A DNA stretch of 64,000 nucleotides from the NCBI RefSeq assembly GCF_963921235.1, contig NC_086097.1, positions 94,118,001 through 94,182,000 of the forward strand, in the 5' to 3' direction. The notes beneath the pieces were generated by a model. The model searched no databases, was not told the origin of the DNA, and was given only the letters and a program-made list of their open reading frames with translations. The position numbers were made by a program, and so were the translations under genes. The DNA is from Mobula hypostoma. Its lineage: Eukaryota. Below, in pieces: positions 12,001 to 24,000 of this stretch (positions within the stretch are counted from its first letter, which is position 1; each line of letters opens with the position of its first letter).

Positions 12001-15000
12001 CATGGATGGCATGGGTATGGAATGCTATGGTCCCAGTGCACATCGATGGGAGTAGGCTGTTTTAAATGGTTCAGCACAAACTAGATGGACTGATGGGCCT
12101 GATTCTGTGCTGTATTTTTCTATGACTGTATGACTGTAGTGGCTGGGGATCTCCCCCCCTTGAAAAGACACTGGACAGAAGAAGACAATGGTAGCCACTT
12201 CTGTAGAATTTGCCAAGGACAGTCATGGTCAGAAGACCACAATTAGCATGTCATATAACACAGCACATAACAATGATGATGACTCTAGTATGTATTTTGT
12301 TTTATTATGAATAAAGTCTATATTTGAAATATAAAAATAATATGAAGCCTCAGAGGGGGTTTTGCATAAATGTTCTTCCTTGATACAGCAATCGTGAAAT
12401 TCCATGTGATTCCTGGTTCTAAAGCAGACCATAAGGGAGGGAGGGAACGTCGACTCAGACCATGAGAGGCCATAAGACCATAAGAGAACTTGCTAACACC
12501 CTCCCAACAACCTCGCTCCTCACTTTTGTCCTTGCCCTGTTTCAAGGGAGTTCACCTTGCAAGCTGCTTATTTTGCTAACATTGTAGAACTTTACTTTCA
12601 GTATTATTTTTCTTATCCTTGGACTTTATTGCCCTTTTTCCAAAGGCAGGTTGAGAAGCCTCTCCACCTTCATGTAAAGTGTAGATGCTTCTCACAGCAT
12701 GTTAGCAATCTCTGTCAAGCAGAAAGATCCCACAATTTGCCGGTGCCACTTTGTGACGAAAACAGAAAATGCTGGACACACTCAGCAGGTCAAGCAATAT
12801 CGATGGAAAGAAGCTCGAAATGTTAACTCTGTTTCCTGCATTTTATTTCCGATTTCACTTTTGTTTTTGATTTTCACTTTGAGGCCAACTGTATTGCCCT
12901 CAATGCCCTGGCTGAGATTCACTTAGAAGGATCTCTGTAAAACGTTAACCCTTGTTCTGTCCTCCTATGACCTGCAGCCCCAATATGCTGCTTTTACATC
13001 ATCTTACACCAGATTAAACTTTGACCTCTGCATGCGGCCCAGGCCTAGATCTCATGATCCATTCGACTGCAGCCTCAGTGGGATAACTGAAAATTTCAGG
13101 TATTGGCTGCCTGCACTCTCTCTCTGAATTAAATGAGTGGCTTTACTTTAACACCAGTGCAAAGGTCACTCGGTTACCTCGAGTTCCCTGTGTTTTACCG
13201 GAGCCTCTGTGTTGCTGCTTCTGTTGCAGGCTGAGCGGGGTACAGCAGACGGACATGGGCTGGTACTGGTGCACGGTCAATGTGAAAGGAGCTAACGTCA
13301 ATTCAAAGAAGGCCTTTTTAACAGTGGAAGGTAGGAGGGCCAACCTTCAGGTTACCTTGAGCAAGGAAGGCTTGGTGTTTAGGCCTTACTGAAGTGAACA
13401 AAGTGAGAAGACAGGACAACATCAGTGGTTTAATGTCATAGATGCTGAGCTGTTGAATAAAGTTCAGGATAATAGGGATTAAACCATGTTCCTGGTACAA
13501 GGTTAACGTTCACTGAAAACGCAGGATCCTTAAATGGGAAGATTGATACTACCTCGGATAACAATTATGGTAGTGTCTTTATCAGAGATATTAGGCTATT
13601 GGGTAGCAGCTGTACCTGTATTAAGGGCTATTGTATAGAGCAAAATTGGAGATTATTTTGAGAACTTTTCATGGGATTTAAGATAATAGTGCAAAAATGG
13701 GACTCACTCGGGAGGGAGTCTTGTTTGGATGGGACGGGATGGGTCGAAGGGCATGCTTCTATGCTTTACGACCCTGTCACTCAAACAGAAGATGCAGGGT
13801 TTTTATATTTGGGATTTAGGATATCATGCGTTTCATAGATTATGAAGGAATTCTAATTGTGTGGGTTTAGGGTGAGTTTTAGTTTGTAGGTTGCAGGGTC
13901 AGTGTTGATCAATGATAAAAGTTTGGTAGAACTAACCTGCTAACATCATTTGACTGGTAACTCTACTCTGGGTGACAAGCTAACTCAACGTAGAGGCAAG
14001 TGATGGGACTTACACAGGTGGGGGAAGAGGATATGTCTGGGATTTGAGTATTCGACGTGGCTTTGTAACAACATGTATATTTTCTTGACTAGGCTTGCCA
14101 TATTTCACAATCCAGCCACAGGATATATACGTACTTAAAGATGCACCCTTTAATTTAACGTGTGCTGCAAATGGTCGGCCAGAGCCAATGGGGATTTTAT
14201 GGAAGAACGTTGGGGTCTTAGTTGAAGAAAGATGGAACGCATCCTTTTCAATACTCACTGTTAAAGGTAAAGCCTATGTAAAATCGAGTTGGATTATTTC
14301 TTAATACTTAATCATCTTGGTATCATCAATGGGTGTTAAAAGGTCAGGCAAATCATCTGCTGATATTGGGCAATGAGCTCAAACACTAATCATCTTATAG
14401 CATCTAACCTTGGACCCTGATTACACTGGAGTGAGTGCAGACGAGATTCACCACCTTGGTGTCTGAGGTTGAATGTTGAGGTGAGATGTATTTGCTCTTC
14501 TTGGAGGGGAGGAAGCTGAAGAGGTGGTCAGTACATAAATTTATGAAGGGCTTACACAGAGTATATACAATATACAATAGTATATACAATTATGAAGGGT
14601 TTTCACCGAGTGGACAATAGTATATACAATTATGAAGGGTTTACACAGAGTGGACAATGGTATATACAATTATGAAGGGTTTACACAGAGTGGACAATGG
14701 TATATACAATTATGAAGGGTTCATATAGAGTGGACAATAGTATATAAAATTATGAAGGGTTTATATAGAGTGTACAATACTATATACAATTATGAAGGGT
14801 TTATATAGAGTGTACAATACTATATACAATTATGAAGGGTTTACACAGAGTGTACAATGGTATATACAATTATGAAGGGTTTACACAGAGTGAGTGGACA
14901 ATGGTATATACAATTATGAAGGGTTTACACAGAGTGGACAATGGTATATACAATTATGGAGGGTTTATGTAGAGTGTACAATACTGTATACAATTATGAA

Positions 15001-18000
15001 GGGTTCATATAGAGTGTACAATACTATGTACAATTATGGAGGCTTTACACAGAGTGAGTGGACAATGGTATATACAATTATGAAGGGTTTACACAGAGTG
15101 GACAATGGTATATACAATTATGGAGGGTTTACACAGAGTGGACAATGGTATATACAATTATGAAGAAATACAATTATTAAGAAATGCGGTTGACTCGTAA
15201 CTGCTCTCTGAGGTGGCCTAGCAAGGCATTCCGTTGTAATAAACCACTATGTGCTGGTAAATGGGAATGCCCTGGTCAGCATGGACATGATGGGCTGAAG
15301 GGCCTGTTTCTATGCTGTGTGACTCTACAATTAATAGTAATGGCTCTTATGGGGAAGCCATGTTCTCTTGCTCCAGTTATTCAGCCATCTGAATCAGTTT
15401 CATTATAGTGCTGAAGGTACCTGTGAAATCCATCTGTGAAGCATTCTGTAGTACTGCATGGCCAGGTTGGCTGTCATGTTCCTGAAATGGGATCCATTCC
15501 TAAGAGGCTGGAGGTCTCATTTGTTCGCATTCATTAATCTGTTACTTCCTGAAAGCACATCAGTGCCTCATGCCTCATCTTGTTATCCTGGACAAGCATA
15601 GCGTTAGGTCTCTGGTCTGTTCTGGGGTTGGCCAGCAGGGGCAGACATTGCTCCCGAAGGGTTTTTTCCCAGAACTGATTGGAGTCTTGTCACTGATCAT
15701 TGACTGCATATATTCCCAATTAACATCTGTGTATTTAAACCCTGCTTCCTATACCTTAATTTGCTCAGTCTTAAAGTGTGATTTTGTAAGTAGTGTCTCA
15801 GGTATTTTTGTTTTGGTTTTTTTGGTGTGTTTTTGACGTCTGTTTACTGCCTGCCATTTCTGGAGCTGATTTATGCATCAAGATCTTGGATGACTGAATT
15901 TTTGTTTGGATTACAGCATTTTTGAGTTGGACTGGTTGCCTGTTTCTTGCCCATCTTGGGTAAAAGAAAGTAAAACTTGCTTTTGAATCTGCACATCAAC
16001 TCCTGCCTGCATTGTGCTTTCTACAGTTGGGTTCACTCTCAGTGCTCAGCAATACGGTGCCGGACTTCCACCCTGAGTTCATTTCCCGATCGGGCCATTT
16101 CCCTTGCGTATAGAGCGTAAAGAAGGTGTAAGGCACGCTTGTCATTGGCTGAGGCAATGAGAATTAGAGTGAAGAAGTTATGTTGCAGCTTAGGACTCAT
16201 GGGGAATATTGTGTACAATTCTGGTCACCCCATTGCAGGAGGATGTGGAGGCTTTGGAGAGGGTGCAGAAGAGGTTTATCAGGATGCTGTCTAGATTAGA
16301 GTGTGTGAGCTACATATATGGAGAGGGTGGGCAGACCTGGGTTGTTTTCTCTGGAGCGTTGGAGGCCGAGGGGAGACCTTTAGCAGTATAATTGTTATGA
16401 GATGTTTAGTTTGGGTAGACGGTCAGAATCTTTTTCCCTGCAAAGAAATGCTAAATACTAGAGGGCAAGCATTTAATGTAAGAAAGGGTAAATTTAAAGA
16501 AGATGTGCATGCAAATTTCTTTACACAGTGGTGGGTGTCTGGAACTGACTGTCAGGGTGGAAGCAGCTATGATAGAGACATTTAAGAAGCTTTTAGATAA
16601 ATACATGAATATGTGGGGAATAGTGGGATATGGGAACATGCAGGCAGGAGAGATTTCATTTAATTTGGCATCCGGTACAGCGCAGGCACTCCGGGCCAAG
16701 TGCCTGTTCCAGTCCGATATTAATCTGTGCTTTGTCGTACTCCTTTTGACTTGCAGCTGCCTTGCTGGTTGTGTTGTCACTGTGTAATGCCCAGTGTTAT
16801 TGCCAGTGCCCAGTCAGAGTGACAACAGGCCGTGGCAGCACCAGCTTGCTCGGAGAGGCACTGCTGTGTCTCAGGGAACCAGCCTCATCTGAACTGCCAG
16901 TTCCACCCAGGTGACACATTTTACATTCTGTTGCTGTTTCCGATGGTAACAGGGAGTCTTGTTCTTGTAACTGCTTCAGTCGGAACACATCAGTGAAACA
17001 TCCTCACTCAGCTCTCTGTAGAAGACTTCCACGCTAGTGGGATGAGGTATGCCTCGCTGATGGAACACAAATGGGTTTCTGAATCAATTTGTCCATCAGC
17101 TTTTCATTGGGAGAGCAATGACTGTCAATTTCCTTGTTCTCTCCCCCTCTCTGGTGTCGAGGCAGATGGATGAGTGTGCTTTGAGCTTCTCTGCAATCTG
17201 ACAGCGCACCCACCGCCCAGGTTTGTTGGGGATTTTGGTAGTGACCTGCTCTCCATCCATCAGTCGCGTAAGCCCACGTGCCAGGACACCTGTTCCTGCA
17301 CTGAGCTGAGCTTGTCAGCAGCATGCTGCATGGACAGACAGGCACTACACACCACCGTGGTGCATCCCTGTTGAGTCGTACAGCACAGAAACGGGGCCTT
17401 TGGCCCAACTCCTCCATGCCAGCCAGAGCACCCACCTAAGCTGGTTCCTTTGGTCTGTGTTTGGCCCAGATTCCTCTAAATCTTTCCTATTCATATACCT
17501 ATCCAAATGTCTGTAATGTTCCTGTCTCATCTGCTTCCCCAGCAGCTCATTTCCACATACTGTATGTACCACCCTCAGTATGAAGGAGTTGCTCCTCAGG
17601 TCCATTGGAAATCTTTCCTCTTTCACCTTTAACCTATGCCTTCCAGTTTGCTTCACCTTCCCTAAGGGGAAAAAAGGCAGGGTACATTCACTCTATCTCT
17701 GTCCCTTGTGTTTTTATGCACCCCTGTGTTTAATTAAAGCATTTCACCCATTGAAATAGAGAGTTGGACACAGGCTGACATCTCATTTAAGGCAGTGGAC
17801 AATTTAAACTTAGAAAGATGGATATCTGGGAATGATCTGTAACATAAAAGTAACTGAGAAGTAGGTATGGTTTCATAGAAGAGATTTCTAACTATTTTTT
17901 ACATCAGGACCTCCAGTTTATCTGTCCCAACCCCATTCTCCACTTTTATTCGTAAATTTTGAATAAAATCCTTGTAATATAGCTTTCCCTTCTAGCTCAA

Positions 18001-21000
18001 AAGGGGAAGCTGGTGGGGAGATTGATTGGAGACAGCTCCACTGCTAGGGACCCCAGGCTTCACAAACTTCTCGGTTCTAGGAGTTACAGACAGACACCAA
18101 GCTGGTGTGTCCCTGTTGAATCATAGAATAATACAGTGTTGAAACAGGCCCTTCGGCCTATCTTGTCTGAGGTGCCCTCTTAAACCTGTCCCATTTGGCT
18201 GTGTTTGGCAAGTATTCCTCTAAATCTTGTATACTGTACTTATTTATAAACTTATCCAAATGCCTTTGGAAATATCATCAGTGTACCTGCCTCATCTACT
18301 TTCTCTGTGATCTAATGAGGGGTTCAGATGGTAAGAACAGAATAATAATTTTCCATGAATAGATTACAGGCTGAAATCTAATTGAGGGATTTGTAAGAGT
18401 CACAAGGAAAATGTGTAGGATCTAGAGGAGACCACCATTCCAAGCCTTCCCTGGCTATGCTCCCCAGCTCTTCCTGCACTATGTTGGTGCTGAGCTCATC
18501 TATTTCACCATCTTCGTCCCCAACTTCCACCCTGACCTTAAATTCACTTGATCCATCTCTGAACCTCCCTTCCGTTTCTAAATCTCTCTGTCTTCATCCC
18601 TGAAGACAAACTGTCTACTGACATCTTTTATTAACCTACTGATTCCTATGGCTATCTTGACTATACCTCTTCCTGCCCTGTCTCCTGTTAAAATGCCATT
18701 TACCTCTTCTCAGTTCCTTTATCTCTGCTGCATCTGTATCAGGATGAGGCTTTCCCTTCCAGGACATCAGAGGTGTCCTCCTTCTTCAAAGAAAGGGATT
18801 TCCTTTCCTTCCCTATTGATGCTGCCCTCTCTTGCATCTCCTCCATTTCCTGGACATCTGCACTCACCCCCTCTTCCCATCGCCTTCACAAGGATAGAGC
18901 TCCTCTTCTCACCTACCACCCCATGAGCCTCCACGTCCAACACATCATTCACCACAATGTCCACCATCTTCAACAGGACCCTACTGCCAAACATATCTTT
19001 ACTCCCCCCCCCCATTCCCTTTGTGATTCCCTTGTCCATTTGACTCTCTCCACTAATTTCCCTCCTAACACATATCCCTCCAAATGACAGAAATGCTACA
19101 CTTGCCCGTTCATGTCCTTCCTCGCCTCTGTTCAGGGCCCCAAGCAGTCCTTCCAGGTGAGGCAACACATCATCTTCAAATCTACTGGGGTCATCCCTTG
19201 AATCCAGTGCTCCTAATGTGGCCTCCTCTACATTGGTGAGACCTGACACGAATTGTGGAACTGCTTTGTTGAGCATTTCTGCTCTATCCACCAAAAGCAG
19301 AATTTCCCAGTGGTCATCGATATTAATTCCTATCGCCATTCCTGTTAAAACATGTCGTTCTTTGGCTTCCTCTTCTGCCACAATGAGGCCAATCTCAGGG
19401 TGGAAGAGCAACACCTTATATTCTGTTTGGGTAGCCTCTGACCTGATGGCATGACTATCGATTACTCCTTCTGGTAATTAAAAATTTCCCTCCCCCTCCC
19501 CTCTTGTTCTATTCCCCACTCTGACCTCTAACCTCTTCTTATCTGCCTATCACCTCCCCCGGTGCCTCCCCTTCACATTCTACCATGGCCCACTCTCCTC
19601 TCCTATCAGGTTCCTTCTCCTCCAGCACTTTACCTTTCCCGCTCACCTGGCTTCACCTATCACCTTCTTGCTTGTTGTCCTCCTCCTCCCCTCCACCTTT
19701 TTATTCTGGCATTTTCCCCCTCCCTTTCCAGTCCTGATGAAGGGCCTCAGCCTGAAAAGTCGACTGTTTATTCATTTCCATAGTTGCTGCTGAGTTCCTT
19801 GAGGAATAACAAAGTAGTGTTTGTGGACTGTTCAGAAATCTAATGGTGGAGAGGAAGAAGCTATTCCTAGAGTGTTGACAGTAGGTGTTCAGCTTCCTCC
19901 ATCTCATCCTTGATGCTGGTGGTGAGGGTCTGAGTGATGGATGCCACTGCCTTGAGCCTCAGCCTTTTGAAGATGTCCTCGATTGTGGAGAGATTTGTTC
20001 CCGTGAAGGGACTGGCTGAGTCTGCAGCCTCTTGTTATTCTGTACGTTCATCATCATCGTTACGTGCCGTTTCATATAACGTGGCCGATCATAATCTTTC
20101 CACGACCATGACTGTTCGTGCCAAATTTTCCGACAGAAGTGGTTTGCCATTGTCTTCTTCTGGGCGGTGTCTTTACCAGGCAGGTGACCCAGACATTATC
20201 AAATTTTCTAGTCTTTGATGAGACATCTATTTCTTTAATTCTTAAGAAAGATAAAGACCCTATGGATTGCGCTTCATATCGACCTATATCATTATTAAAT
20301 GTAGATGCTAAAATTCTTTCAAAAATAATGACTTATCGGTTGGAGAATATATAAGCTAAAATTATTTCTCAGGACCAAACAGGTTTTATAAAAGGCTGTT
20401 ATTCTTTTTCTAATACTCGGAGACTATTAAATGTTATATACGCACCCTTCTCGAAAACTCCCCAATGTGTTGTTCCCTTGATGCCAAAAAGGTATTCGAT
20501 AGAGTTGAATGGAAATATTTATTTAACGTTTTAGAGAAATTTAGCTTTGGTACTAATTTTAATAAGTGGATTAGAATAATATATAAAAGCCCTAGTGCCA
20601 CTGTGATTACTAATAACTGTAGATCCCCCTTTTTCAACTTTTGCGGGGTACGAGACAAGGATGTCCATTAAGTCCTTTGTTATTTAATTTGTTGCTGGAA
20701 CCTTTGGCTATTGCACTTCGTGAAGCTAAGGATATTCAAGGAATTTCTATAAATGGGACTACTCATAAGATTTCTCTTTATGCTGATGATCTCTTAGTTT
20801 ATGTTTCGAATCCCGAAGAACTTATTCCTAGTTTATTGAAATTATTATATGAATTTGGAAAGTTGTCAGGATATAAATTAAACCGGCATAAGAATGAATT
20901 ATTTCCTTTAAATGATTCTGCTTTTATATATGATGATATTCCTTTTAAAGTTACAGATTCTTTTAAATATTTAGGTATTATCATCACTAAAAAATATGGA

Positions 21001-24000
21001 GACCTTTATAGAGCTAATTTAGTTCCCTTAGTGGATTTTATGAAGCAATTATTTTCTAGATGGAATCCTCTTACACTTTCGTTAGTTGGTCGAATTCATG
21101 CAGTTAAAATGATGATTTTACCAACATTTTTATATATATTTCAAAATATTCCTATTATTTTTAACCAAGAAGTTTTTTGATCAGGTTGACTCTGTTATTT
21201 CATCTTTTGTTTGGAATAATAAAAGACCAAGAATTGGAAAATGTCATTTACAAAAATTAAAAAAGGATGGAGGTCTTGCTTTGCCTAATTTAAGAATGTA
21301 TTATTGGGTGGTTAATATATGCTATGTGTGTTCTTGGTTATATTGGACTGATAAAAATGAACGACCACCTTGGGTTAATTTGGAATTGAAAGCTGTGAAA
21401 CAATTTTACTTAAGTTCGCTATTAGGAGCTTCTTTACCAGTACAACTAGCCAAAATCTCTATTTTAAATATAAATCCTATGATTAAGCAGTCATTACGAA
21501 TTTGGTATCGGTTCCATAAGTTTTTTAATCTTAAAAAATTTAACCTTCTTAGTTTAATTTATCAAAACTATTCATTTAAACCCTCACTTGGTGATCCTAC
21601 CTTTTCTCTTTGGAGGAATAAAGGAATTTATTCCTTTATGAATCTGTTTCAAGAAGGCTGATTGATGTCCTTTGAGAAATTAGCAACTAAATACTCTCTT
21701 TCACACTCACACATTTTGAAATATCTTCAGGTCAGACACTTTTTACAAGAATATTTAAGTAATTTTCCATATATACAAGATTCTGACCTGTTAGATATTA
21801 TTTTAAAAATGATCCCTTTAGTGAAAGGTTTTATTGGGAAAATCTATAATTTACTATTACAACAGGATAATTATCCTCTATTTAAAATTAAGCAAGATTG
21901 AGAAAGAGAGCTTAACATGACTCTGATAACAGAAGATTGGTCACGAATTTTGAAGTTGGTTAACTCTTCTTCGATTTGCGCCAGTCATTCTCTAATTCAA
22001 TTTAAAATTGTATATCGTTATTATTTGACAAAGGAGAGACTGTCGAAAATATTTCCTAATGTTGATAGTCAGTGTGATAGATGTAAAACTGAGATAGCTG
22101 CATTGACACATATGTTTTGGTCATGTTCTGTATTGAAACTTTTGGAAATCTATTTTTTCCACAATTTTCAAAGCTCTAAAAATTAATTTACAACCTAATA
22201 AACTAACAGTTTTGTTCGGTATTATTCCTCAATATATTCATGGTATTTCTATATCAGACCAACATGTAATTGTGTTTGTTACATTGTTGGCTAGAAGGGC
22301 TATTTTATTAAAATGGAAAGATGCCTCTGCCCCCACTTTGATACACTGGTTCTCTCAGGTAATTCTATGTCTTAGTTTGGAAAAAATCAGAAGTCAAACT
22401 TTTGATCCTCGATTTGACTTTGAGAAAAGGTGGGGCTCTTTTGCCCGCTACTATCATTTGATTTGAGTTCATTAAGGTGGTTCCCTTCTGATTCTTGGGT
22501 AATGGATTTGGTTGGTGGATTGATGTCTTTTTTTAAATGGAAGCTTGTATGGTGTGTAGCTCCGGGTTTGTGCTCCAAATGTTTTTTTTTCTTTTTTTTT
22601 GTTAGCAGGGTTTTTTTTTGTTTTAATTAGTAGGGGCTCTTTTTTCCTCCTTTCTTTTTTCGAAAAAAAATAGCTTTAACATTTTGTCTTTCTTCTTCTT
22701 ATTATTATTATTGATATACTGTTTAGCTTGGTTAATAGTTTGACTCTTATTCTACATATTGATATACTGACTTGATTATTTTAATGTATTTTTTGTTGTC
22801 GATTTTCAATAATAACTAATAAAAAGATTTAAAAATGAAATGAAATGTCTGATGACATTTCACATCTCAAATTCCCGACCTCGGGTGCTGTTCTGTGTGG
22901 AGTTTGCCCATTGTCTATGTGACATGTGGGTTTTCCACATGTGCTCCAGTTTCCTCCCATGTCCCAAAGACATTGATTTGTAAGTTAATTGGTTCCTGTA
23001 AATTGCCCTGATTTGGGTGTTTATATACTGGGGACCCAATCCAGGCTCTTTATTCACATTAGCACTGGGGTGGGAGGGACCCTTAATCATGCTGGCTTCT
23101 TTCCTAGGACAGCAAGAAGTGAAGAGTCCATGTAGGCTGGTTTTCATGCTGGGCTAAGCTGTGTCCACAACCCTACTGTTTCTTGCAGTCTTTGTCACAA
23201 TGTGCGCTGGCAATATTGGAACCCATGTGCAGAGGAAGAACAGACTGCACGTAGAGATGGCGATGAGAGTTTATTCACAATAATTCCAAAAAGAAACATC
23301 AGTGGCTCGGCTGAGCAACACAGCGAAAAGTAGCATCCTCAAAACTAAGACCCCACAATCAGAACTAATCAGGCTTCCACTTAAATAATACAGGTAACAC
23401 AGAACCCCTGAGCCTATCAAAATAAACTTAACAAACTTAAACAGAGGACACCGGGAGACTGAATTACAAACAGCGAGTTGCTCGAGAAAAACACAAGAAA
23501 CTCTAAATGATTAACCAGTTCAGCACATCTAAAAAGCTTGGAGCCCGACACTGTCCACCCAGCACAGGTCCGAAGAACTCATTGCAGTTTTGGGCAGAGC
23601 AATTGCGATACCAAGCTGTGAGGCATCCAGATAGGGTGCTTTCTGTACGGCATCTATAAAAGCTAGTGAGAGTCAACAGAGATATGTCAAATTTCCTTGG
23701 CCTTCTGAGGAAGTAGAAGTGCTGATGTGCTCCCTTGGCCATGGCTTGTACATGTTTAGACCAGGACAATCTACTGGTGCTACTTACTTGATAAGCAAGC
23801 AGACGAAAGGTAACTCTCGTAGATGGGAATGACGGGCAAGGAAGGTTTGATTGTCTGCTCCTAATTTCGATGTGCTACTCTCAGGTTTCATAAGCCCCTC
23901 TGCTTCTTTACTTTCAGCTGTGTGAATGGGATGGGGAGCTGGCTACTTTGAGATGGTGGAGGGTAACACATTGTCTCTCTGTGTTCACTGTTGTCAGGAA

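Noticed and set aside
17125..17202. Polypyrimidine tract plus AG followed by ATG, a possible extra exon
   Set aside because: The ATG frame stops after 11 codons, there is no TAM similarity, and the flanking exons already join in phase to complete Ig2.
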